64,000 nt of DNA from Lobosporangium transversale (Eukaryota). Each line of letters starts with the position of its first letter. The first letter of the stretch is position 1. The stretch is from NCBI RefSeq assembly GCF_002105155.1, contig NW_019028989.1, forward strand, positions 310,001 through 374,000, written 5' to 3'. The notes below the pieces were generated by a model that saw only the letters and a program-made list of their open reading frames with translations, ran no database searches and had not been told where the DNA came from. The translations under genes were made by a program, and so were the position numbers. This document shows, in pieces, positions 44,435 to 54,035 of the stretch.

Positions 44435-44803
44435 GAGGAGTGTGGCCCTTCGTCTTGAAGAACAATAAATAAAGGCGAAACAAGGTAATGAGTGGAGACT
44501 TGAGTAGATCGACAGTGGCAATAAGATGGTTGATGTGAATACAATTTCTACTGAGTGGAGTCTCAACCTATTGCATAGTGCATCATTGAGAGAGATTCCT
44601 ATGTACTCGAACATTGCTTCCTCAAGTATGTGCATGAACCTGGGCAGAGAAATAATTATCGCAAATATAATATGCAGTCGGGCTCTCCAAGTTATGAGTG
44701 TTGAAGACCTTCGGCTATTTGCAACCATCTTAAGGATTCAAAATATGCCTGCAATATGACGTCTTTTTAAAAAGGAATTGCCCAAAAAATATTTTATTTG
44801 AAA

Positions 44804-46895
44804 TTAAAGTGAATCACCAAATAAGCTCCTTTTAGCTTCGTCCCAACAAACATGTCTTATCTGGGGATACTCCTGGACTTACCAGTGTGATTGGGTCTAT
44901 GTACTTCGTTGCCTTTGTCATCAAAGTCATTTTTCCCGCGAATATACAAAATCATAAAGTCCGGACACAGCACACCATCTCTCGTTACTTTGAAGTCCCT
45001 TTTATCGATTACTGATTTTCCTTCGCCAGTATTCTTAGCTTGGGTCTTTTTGGTCACCTCTGTTATTTCCATTTCTGCTCTGTGAGTTCCGCCGTATGTG
45101 TAGTCTAGGAAATACTCGATTTGGTTTCTGCCATTAGAATATTTCCGATCTGTAAATGCCAAATCAATTGCTGCAGTGCCCTCGTTGTGTTTTTGAAAAT
45201 TAGAAATCGAAACTTGAATAAAAGTGTAGCCAAGTATAAAATCGAATCGAGGTAGTTCGCCTCCATGTATCAAGATATTCTTGCCCTCATCGCCAAATCT
45301 TTTAGGTGGATCTTGAAGATGTTCAAAGCCATCGACTCTCAGCTCTAAAAGTTGTTCCTCCTTCCCAGCGAGGTTAGTCGACTTGAAGATTATGTTGTTT
45401 TGCTTGATAAGCTTCTGAAAGAAAACATCGGAAAATTGTGCGGGTTGCAAGATATTCTGCCTTGCGGCACATATGTAGTCGTTGGGGAGTGGACATAGCC
45501 TGTATAGTCCCAAAAGTGCCGCCTCAGATGCTGGTGTAATTGGGCGCTTCATAATCATACTCCTGCCCTTGTTCCGATACTCATACATTATTCCAAAATG
45601 GTAGAATCGCCAATCAAGTGGCGGTCCTGTATGATCCTTGCTTTGCAGAAACACATCGACTAGAGCTTGACGAGTAGTTGGTTGGAATATCGGTTCAATT
45701 TTACTATAACAGTTCTTCAAGATCTCCAAGAATTGTTCTTTGCGATCCTCCTCATAATCCTTTAGTCGTTGCTTGATCCCATTAGCTGTGAGCTCAATGC
45801 CTTCAATGTCTTCGCCAAAAAAAATATTGAGTTCCCGTGGCACACATCCGGTGGCTTTTTGAATCTCGCCTCGTAGCTCATTCAAATGTTGGCGGCCTGT
45901 TGGGTAGCGATTATCTATGATCACATCCAGTAGCTTATTGAAAATATCAGGCGACATTGGACCAACATACTCGACATAATGTGATGCGTCTCTGAGAATG
46001 AGCTTTGCAAATCTTACCGTACTGCTAAACACTACTCTCGCATTATTTGAGTTGTTCCAGGAGTTGAAAGTCTGTAGAGGCCCTAAAAATGGGAACCTTT
46101 CGGGCGCAGACTTACTACTTTCTGGAAATAGTGCACCATGCTCATCCACGACAAATAATGCCTTTTGACTTCTTGACTGGAGTAGTTCAGCAAAGATACA
46201 GGTGGCGCTATTCACATAAGGATCCTTCGATGTTTCAATTGCGACCATTTCTTTGAGCTCTGAGGCTGTCAAAATATCTTTGTTGATGGATAAGAAGATT
46301 TGACAGATCAGCTTTGATGCGGCAGTTTTAGTGTCACAATTGCTAAGCTTACTAGCATCGGCAATATAAAGCACTGGCCAACCATGTGCGTATGCCTTGG
46401 CCACAAGGAACCATGAAATGTATGATTTACCGACGCCCATTGGACCCGATAAACACTTCTGGACAGACCACTCACTGTTCTCGAGCTCATTCCATAGCTT
46501 CATCATCTGTTCGGTCACAAAAAACTCGCGACCTTGGTAGCCTTTCGCAAAGAATTTTGGGCTCTGACCAAGATCCATTGAAGTAATTCGATCTCCACCC
46601 TTCACCGTCAAAAGCGATTGGAACTTGGTGCGGGGTTCTGGTGCGTACTTGTTATTCTCGATCAAATCCAGTATATGGAGGGGTAAATCTACGGGTTCGC
46701 CATCGGCTGCAATATGTCGCTTCCAGGAACGACAGCGCTTTGCAAGGTGCTCTTTGAGCATATAAGAATAGCGAGACTGACGTGAGTATGAAATAAACAA
46801 ACTTCCTCAAGAATCATCAAAACTATGAGTGGGATGAACTCACCTTTTTCGTCTTCTGTGTCTTCTAGGTTCCTTTTTGGACTTCTTGGGGCTGT
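44804..46895 (-). CDS. Crinkler-type P-loop NTPase plus restriction-endonuclease-like protein, 5'-truncated, probable C-terminal frameshift
   Basis: 647-aa ORF with Walker A LSGPMGVGKS, Walker B LFVVDEH and C-terminal FDFILGYTFIQVSIS; a shifted frame continues VQEYPQIRHVCWDEAKRSLFGDSL* to 44804. Confidence 0.7.
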
Positions 46896-47026
46896 TTAAA
46901 ATCCACGCAAAAAACAACAAGAGGATAGTTAGATAGGCCTTGATAAAAGTACCTATATGCGATAGGGGAGCCGAAATAAACTTAGCAAAAAGCCTCACGA
47001 GAGGACAGTGAAGGTCAGAGCATACG

Positions 47027-47084
47027 CACGGGCCATGGGGGCAACTTTTCAAATTCTTTTTATAAAGAAATTCAAAGTCGTCCC
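47027..47084 (+). repeat. Palindromic terminal motif B (degenerate)
   Basis: CACGGGCCAT-GGGGGCAACTTT...AAAGTCGTCCC. Confidence 0.85.
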
Positions 47085-47446
47085 TGAAGTGTAAATATAA
47101 CGTAATAAAGCCTATTTGGCTTCATAAAGCATTTTTTATTTTTATTTTTTTAAACATTGTTCCAATGATGTGTCCAATGCGCCGAGCCTCATCAATACGA
47201 CGAGAGACAACAACGATGTGACTCTTCCCGAAACTATCAAGGCTATCAAGCGCTCTATGATCGGAAATATTGATAGGTATTTTTAAACAGTCTTTATCCA
47301 TAATAAATGACTCGGAAACAGAACTTGTAATGTCCCTCCAGACTATGAAGAGCTTAATTCAAACAATGTGATTATGTGGGTTTTATCATGAAGAACTGTT
47401 TTATTTGAACAAAATACGTTGGTGTATTTTTCATAATGATCGAGTA

Positions 47447-49315
47447 CTACGATTGAGTTCCTGAGGCACGCCTCTTGTTCGCTGAAGCTGATGCTGAAGC
47501 TGATGCTGAAGCTGATGCTGAAGCTGATGCTGAAGATGAACGTGAGACTACAGGGCTATTATAGCTGAATCTGTTTACAATCTCATCTTTCATGCGATCG
47601 TACAGAGAAAGAACATAACAAAAGAGAGTTTCTGCATCCTCTCTTAGCGTCTCCTCCTCCTTGAGTCTTAGATCTCTCAAAACCTCCTTGGCTTTGTACG
47701 TCAATGAGTCGTCTTCCTCCATCGTGCACTCTACGAAAGTCCATTTGAATGCGTCGGTTACAATGCCGAATGACTTGATGCGTGTGGCGGGCCTCTCTTG
47801 TCCATCGTCATCCGCCTCAGTCCGCTTTCGTTTTTTTTGTTGAAGTGCGACGTCGAGCTGTACTATATTTTGAGCCATACCTTTCACATGATCGTCCTTT
47901 TTCACCTCCGTGACTCCAAGAACTTGCGACTGGTGGATACGATCCAACACAGCAAAATCCACCGGTCCATGTCCCCGTAGGCCGGTTATCAGTTCTTGTT
48001 GCTCAAGATACATATCCACTTTGTAGGACTGCATGGCTCCAACCATGAAAGAGTCGACGATCGAGTTCCTTGTGAACTCGCTAGAGCTAGGACCAAAAAT
48101 GTAGGCCTCGTTTTTCCGGCTGCATTCTTTGATTATTTCCTCCAACATCAGCTTCTCATCGTCAGTCATCGCCCTTGGTTCAATATCAAACAGTGGGAGA
48201 AACTCAGGGCCTTTACCGACGTTGTATTCTTCCATCACTTCTTTCCAAGTGAATTTCGAAAAACTCTTTCCAGGATTGTCCAGGGATATGACAAGGTTTT
48301 TCCAGCTACTCTCCTTTGCAATCGCCAAAATAGACCGAAGTTGGGGATCGCTAATGAGCATTGTCGGTATTGAGCTACCCGGCAGATGCAAGAATATCTT
48401 GAGGTCCTTGTCCTCAGCAAACTGGTCAAAGTACTTCTCAAGGAAAAGATGAAATTCAGCGAGAGTTGCCGTCTTGGTATCCGTCACGAAGGTGCAAACA
48501 ATCTTCTTTCCTCCTCTTTTGTCGATGATTCTCAATGCTGCAACGCAATAGAATGCAAAAAATAAAAATAAAAATAAAAAAGACATAAAAAGTGGTTATA
48601 ATTCCGTCTTTCCAAGCTGTAACGATAAAAAAAATTGCTAATTCATTCTATCCACATCTATCCACACTTACATATGGAGGTATTCTTCGTCAATGCCTCG
48701 AGGTCCGACAGCTGTTTACGCAAAGCTGCAATCTCGGGGTGTTGGGTATCTAGGTTGAACAACAGGTAATGGAGCAGGAACTAGTTGATTAATTAAGATA
48801 CATCCCAAACATAAAGGGTTATCTTTCAGAAGTCAAATCAATGACGTCATGAAAGAAAATAAGCTTCATCAATTTGAAAATATCAGTCCATCAAGAGCTA
48901 AATACATACCTTGCGGCGGCAGCTTAACAAAAATATGGATAGTTTTCCTTGGAAGTTCAGAAGTAAATATCTCCCAAAGCTCCATTGACGCGATTGCGAG
49001 AGCCTCTTTTGACTCGATTTCTGACTCAAGCACGGTGTTGCCTTCGTCAGGGATGGAAACCTTGTAGAGGGTGAGCTTGTCTGCGGCAACATGATCGAGT
49101 TCTGGCTCCTTCGCTGCCTTGATGGCTTGCTTGAGTTCGCCGACCGAACAATTGGAAGGAATCTTTACAGGAAAAGGCGTTGCTTCTCCCTCAACAATGC
49201 AAAAAATCTTTAGTTCAGTTCGCTCAGGGATTTTAGGCCCACTGGTGCTTGAACCCTCTTCATACAGACTAGATCGAGGTGATACGTTTCGAGATGATGT
49301 TCCGGTCTTTCTCAT
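47447..49315 (-). CDS. Crinkler (CRN) effector-like protein: ubiquitin-like N-terminal header plus PD-(D/E)xK nuclease-like domain, 3 exons
   Basis: Header LKIFCIVEGEATPFPVKI..VGELKQAIK..AADKLTLYKV..TIHIFVKLP; C-terminal GPVDFAV..LGVTEVKK..GMAQNIVQL..GIVTDAFKWTF; (AS)n tail. Confidence 0.82.
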
Positions 49316-49589
49316 TGTGATTTCAAACCTTTTTAAAAACAAGGATGAAATGGACAGAAGGCAGAAAATAGGAAAAGTTTGATAAAAATGTTAAAGGATG
49401 TTAATTCAGTAGCAGGATGGTTCAAAATTGTGACAATGTAGGCTGTGAAGATGAAGTTGAGGGAGGAAAAAAAAAGTTGTTTGCGTGACGAAGGAAAGGA
49501 GTGACAATTGATAAATTTGTTCCTTATAAGCCAGGACTGAGGAATATTTTTTCTTTATAATTGTCGTTCTGGCGACCAGAGCCATGCCG

Positions 49590-49667
49590 CGGTAGAATGT
49601 TTAGCCGGGGGCGACTTTGGATTTCATCTCTATAAAAGAATTTGAAAAGTCGCCCCCATGGTCCGTG
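49590..49667 (-). repeat. Palindromic terminal motif C (inverted relative to A/B)
   Basis: GGGGGCGACTTT (49607-49618)...AAAGTCGCCCCC (49646-49657)-ATGGTCCGTG; reverse complement aligns with motif A over about 75 bp. Confidence 0.9.
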
Positions 49668-50016
49668 CACAGACCATCTGCGCCGCCGTGTCACCACATC
49701 TGATAAAGTCCTGCAGATGGGGCGGTGTGGCTTTTTTTTAAATAAAGAGCAAAAGGTCAAAGGGTCATGCGATTTACTTTCCATCCAATGAAATCATGCC
49801 ATCTCATCTCTTTTCCTTATCACATCACAAAATGTTAAAACACTTTCATCGCCATGAGAAACATCCATTTTATTCCTTTCCTTCCTCCATCCCTTTCCCT
49901 TCGCTCCCTGAATTCCTCCACCAGGTCGCTATAAACCAAGACAACCAGTACGTACATGCTTTCTGCGCGCACCAATGAAGCTTGCTCTTAAACTAATACT
50001 CTGCAATTCATAAACA

Positions 50017-50580
50017 GTGCGCGAAGAACCCACTACCATCGAGATACTGCGCAAGCGGCTTGCTGCTATTTCGCTTGAACTCGCAGATGCAAAGGACGAT
50101 CTTGAAATATCACAGGCACAACTTGAGGGCACCCTATCCTGTCTTTCTGAAACTCAACTTGAGCTGAAGAACACTAAGGATGCTCTTGCCAATAGCGAGC
50201 GTGCACGCCTGGAGGCCAACCGCGACCGAGTGTTGAGTCGCCCTTATGGAAAGCAGGAGGTCTTTGCTATTTTGAAGTTCCAGCAGCCTCAGCCATTGCC
50301 TATTGGAGGCTATCGTCTCTTTGCGCTGCAGCGCAAGGCTGTCGATCGTACCTTGGACCAGTTCATTGCTGACAATCCTGACCTCGACCCCGTTGAGATT
50401 GCAGAGTTGCGATCTGATCGTTCTCCAAGAGGCGAAAACGTTTACCTACAGATGAAAGATGACGTGGCTGCACCAATCGACTTCAGCCGCCGCAACTTCG
50501 TTCTCAAGGATAGCAAGACTGAGGAGGAGATGATCGTTTATGTTCAAAAGGTCTTTAACACTCATACTCAGGAAAAATAA
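50017..50580 (+). CDS. Small coiled-coil protein with DUF3627-like C-terminus (tentative); true start probably in an upstream exon
   Basis: 187-aa ORF: heptad-rich N-terminal half, then DRVLSRP..KQEVFAILK..YRLFALQRKAV. Confidence 0.5.
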   Translation: MREEPTTIEILRKRLAAISLELADAKDDLEISQAQLEGTLSCLSETQLELKNTKDALANSERARLEANRDRVLSRPYGKQEVFAILKFQQPQPLPIGGYRLFALQRKAVDRTLDQFIADNPDLDPVEIAELRSDRSPRGENVYLQMKDDVAAPIDFSRRNFVLKDSKTEEEMIVYVQKVFNTHTQEK

Positions 50581-50673
50581 GAATCATTCCCATGATAGTC
50601 TATTGTTCACTCGATAACAAAATAAAATGAAATTGCTACTCATATACTATAAACTATCAACATATTACCTACT

Positions 50674-53600
50674 ATGTCTGAAAATACAAACCGGACTTAC
50701 AAAAAATTTGAATCAGTTTACTTTGCTGCTGACAAGAAGCAAACCTTGGGTCCACAAGCAAGGGCTCACGAATGGGCTGATGCGAACAGTAATACTTTCT
50801 TTGTGATGTACGAAAGTGGCCTTTCTCCGGATGGCAAGAAGTCGTCTTATGAGTTTGCAAGCTACAAGGATCTACCTACATTTTTGGATATATATAACAA
50901 ACTCCCGAACCCTTACAGATGCTTTTTCGAGCAAATCCGAGAAGGAAATCCCTGTTGTGAGTACTACGACATTGACTGGAAACTTACTACGACCTCCAAG
51001 GGAAACACCGATCCTCCTTCACTCGAAGACGGCGCTAGTCCACTCGTCCCTAGCGAGGGCATCGATGCTATTGCGCAACTTGAAAGACGAGTGTTTGGTG
51101 AGTTTCTTGCTGCTCGCAACCAATATGCACCGAAATATCCCATCACCGAGAATCAATGCCGAATCTTGACTTCATCCACTCATAAAAAGATATCATTGCA
51201 TGTCATGATACCAACGTACACATTCGAGAACAATCACAGACACCTTTGGACATTCCTGCTTGATTTTTTCAAGGATATCAAAGCTGACCAGGATCAGAAT
51301 GAAGGTAATCTGCTCAAGTACATTGATTCAGGTGTATACTCAAGAAGCAGAAGCATCCGATGTCTCGGAAGCTCGAAACGTAGAGACATAACCAGACGTT
51401 TCATCCGTACCCCATGGCATCAGCCATCTATGCATGCATTGGATGCAGAATTTTTCATCACCAATGTTCAGCCCAATAGTATCAAAGTGGAAAAATCTCC
51501 AGCTGCCGACAGGTTCTCAAGGCGCCAGCGTAACCAGATACCGTCAACTTCAGCAGCACTTGGAGATGCATCTAGAGATATGACATTACCACACCAGTTG
51601 TCCGTATCTGTCGTCTCTGATGCTGTACATAGAATATTTGCACAACACAAGCATGCAAACCTATACAGAATACAGTATGATGGCCAAGGCGGGATCTATA
51701 AGCTGCAACGAGTTCAATCTGGTCAATGCGATGTATGCAAGAGAAGACACGACAACGAGAATGGCTATCTTCAAGTGAGTCGAAATGGAAGAGTGACGCT
51801 GTATTGCTACAGAGCTATTGCCGAGGGTTTATCCCGCAATATCCTCGTCGGGGAATTGGATTTCGGCGAAAAGATTGTCCTGAGACAACATCTTGCTACG
51901 TTGGACACAGATCAGCACTTGCATCCAGGCGAAGTGTATGCGTCACCCTACATCAAATACCACAAATCACCGATGAGTCTCTTGATAAGGAGCGAGACTG
52001 GCACTGGAAAAACGACATTCTTGGAGCAGTTTATTCAAATGAACCCAAAGTTGACGTATCTTGCAATATCTCCAAGACAGACACTAGCCTCCAGTCTAGA
52101 GAAGAGACTCGGGTTTAAAAGCTATTTGGATTTTCCCTCCACTTATATCAAAGGTCAGAAGATTGTCATACAAGCCGAATCTTTACATAAACTGGATCTT
52201 GCATACTACACCATGGATGTTGTTCTGGTTCTGGATGAAGTGTCATCTATCTTTGATCAGATGACAAGTGTCGCCACCATGAGGGGCTTCCACAAGGCCA
52301 ATAATGATATATTACGAGACTTCATTAAGGTATCCAGGAAGGTGATTGCCTTGGATGCTGATCTAACAGACCGAGACGTTCAGGTCATCAAGGAGCTTCG
52401 AGATGATGTCCACATTATCCATAATACATTCAAGCCACAGCAAGGAGATCTCGTCTCTCTTTATGAGAATGAGGCTTCTCTGAAGTTAAAGGTTATTAAC
52501 TTAGTCAAGTCTGGAAAGAAAGTGTGGATATGTAGCACACAGAAGGCTGAAGATGCTGAAAGTTTACATAGTGAATTGAAGAATATGGGGTTCATTGGGA
52601 TGTGCATCACTGCGAATTCCCTGGAGTTGGAGAAGAGGGCATTTGCACAGAATATTAATGAAATCGCACCAACTCTCGACTATTTTATTCATACTCCAAC
52701 CATCACAGTTGGGCTTGATTGTAACATGCAACACTTTGATTATGTTGCAGGATTTTTCATGTCACAAAGTAAAGTCAATGTAGAGACATGTAGGCAAATG
52801 CTCAGAAGAGTACGGCACGTCCAGCAAAAAGAATACCTTGTCTATATCAGCAATTCAATAAACAATCTTCCAACAACACACAACGAAATAGTCAAGTATC
52901 TTTGCAGCCAAGAGGTTCAAATCAAGGGATGCGCTATGGATACGAATGGCTTTCCGCTTGATCTGAGGGTAGGGCAAGGTCCTGGAGTGAAGCATGATGT
53001 TGGCGATATTTACTACACAATATTCATCAATGCACTGATAAAGAAGCATCTATCAATGAATGATTTTCTTCAGCGTTTCATTGCTCAAATGGTTCAGGCT
53101 GGCTGCAGAGTTGTTGGGCTATCTAATCAGCCCAAGGACCTTAAGGTTTCTGAATCTCTGAAACAGAGGACAGCCACCCTACTTCAAGCCAAGTATACAG
53201 GGATATCGGAGGCCAAGGTAATTGATTACGAAGAATTACTACGACTGGAAACAAGGTCAGACCTTTCTACTGAAGAGTATTACGCAGTACAAAAATTCAG
53301 GATTATGGACGCCTACGGCATTGAGGACCCATCTATCCTTACGCCTGAATGGGTGCAGACCTACAGTAACCCAAAAGAGATGAAGGTCTTTCAGAATCTG
53401 CGAGCCTTGAAGAACGACCCAGAGTTGAAGATGACAAAGCAGAGCGACTCGTATCCTCTGGGGAAAGATCAAGAAAGGAGGGACACTGGCGCCATACTAC
53501 ATAGACTACATCATTCAAAGTATACCAAACTAAAGTATGCAAAAGACATCCTCTTTGCCTGTGGTTATGACTCCCCATTTGATCCCAAATGTAGAGCATC

Positions 53601-53865
53601 CACTGCTCTCAAATCAAGCCTGGATGAGCAATGGGAATCGCTATCGTCAAACATGCGGAATATTTGCACACAACTTCTAATCCCGTACCCATCTCATAGC
53701 AACTGGAACTTCAGAAACCGGCAGAACTTTGTCAACTCTGTCTTGAATGAGGTTTTTGGTATTCATATAGTTGGAACTAACAAGAAAGCCACAAGCTATC
53801 ATATAAAATACATGAGGGAAGTAGGGAAGAATTGGGAAGGTTTCTTCAATGATGGAACTAAATGA
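50674..53865 (+). CDS. AEP primase-polymerase + Zn finger + UL9/origin-binding-protein-like SF2 helicase (intronless)
   Basis: AEP motifs YYDID, KISLHV, IDSGVYSRSRSIRCLGSSK; Zn finger CDVCKRRH..LYCYR; helicase RSETGTGKT, VLVLDEV, IALDAD, TPTITVGLD, QMLRRVR. Confidence 0.88.
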   Translation: MSENTNRTYKKFESVYFAADKKQTLGPQARAHEWADANSNTFFVMYESGLSPDGKKSSYEFASYKDLPTFLDIYNKLPNPYRCFFEQIREGNPCCEYYDIDWKLTTTSKGNTDPPSLEDGASPLVPSEGIDAIAQLERRVFGEFLAARNQYAPKYPITENQCRILTSSTHKKISLHVMIPTYTFENNHRHLWTFLLDFFKDIKADQDQNEGNLLKYIDSGVYSRSRSIRCLGSSKRRDITRRFIRTPWHQPSMHALDAEFFITNVQPNSIKVEKSPAADRFSRRQRNQIPSTSAALGDASRDMTLPHQLSVSVVSDAVHRIFAQHKHANLYRIQYDGQGGIYKLQRVQSGQCDVCKRRHDNENGYLQVSRNGRVTLYCYRAIAEGLSRNILVGELDFGEKIVLRQHLATLDTDQHLHPGEVYASPYIKYHKSPMSLLIRSETGTGKTTFLEQFIQMNPKLTYLAISPRQTLASSLEKRLGFKSYLDFPSTYIKGQKIVIQAESLHKLDLAYYTMDVVLVLDEVSSIFDQMTSVATMRGFHKANNDILRDFIKVSRKVIALDADLTDRDVQVIKELRDDVHIIHNTFKPQQGDLVSLYENEASLKLKVINLVKSGKKVWICSTQKAEDAESLHSELKNMGFIGMCITANSLELEKRAFAQNINEIAPTLDYFIHTPTITVGLDCNMQHFDYVAGFFMSQSKVNVETCRQMLRRVRHVQQKEYLVYISNSINNLPTTHNEIVKYLCSQEVQIKGCAMDTNGFPLDLRVGQGPGVKHDVGDIYYTIFINALIKKHLSMNDFLQRFIAQMVQAGCRVVGLSNQPKDLKVSESLKQRTATLLQAKYTGISEAKVIDYEELLRLETRSDLSTEEYYAVQKFRIMDAYGIEDPSILTPEWVQTYSNPKEMKVFQNLRALKNDPELKMTKQSDSYPLGKDQERRDTGAILHRLHHSKYTKLKYAKDILFACGYDSPFDPKCRASTALKSSLDEQWESLSSNMRNICTQLLIPYPSHSNWNFRNRQNFVNSVLNEVFGIHIVGTNKKATSYHIKYMREVGKNWEGFFNDGTK

Positions 53866-53927
53866 ATACAACGGAGGGCTTGAGCAGATTACGATATTGT
53901 ATTCTTTTTGAAAAGTCATGGATTAAT

Positions 53928-54004
53928 ATTTAACCGGGGGCGACTTTGGATTTCATCTCTATAAAAGAATTTGGAAAGTCGCCCCCATGGTCTGTGCGCG
54001 TCAT
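53928..54004 (-). repeat. Palindromic terminal motif D (inverted relative to A/B)
   Basis: GGGGGCGACTTT (53936-53947)...AAAGTCGCCCCC (53975-53986)-ATGGTCTGTG-CGCGTCAT. Confidence 0.9.
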
Positions 54005-54035
54005 GATGGTTTTTGAAAGTACGTGCAATCGGTCT

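Noticed and set aside
50674..53865. Helitron Rep/Hel or Polinton replicase
   Set aside because: No HUH motif, Pif1-type SF1 motifs or protein-primed PolB; the motifs are AEP plus SF2
44350..54004. CRISPR-like or integron-like array from the recurring palindrome
   Set aside because: Only four copies, kilobases apart and in both orientations; no cas or tyrosine recombinase gene seen
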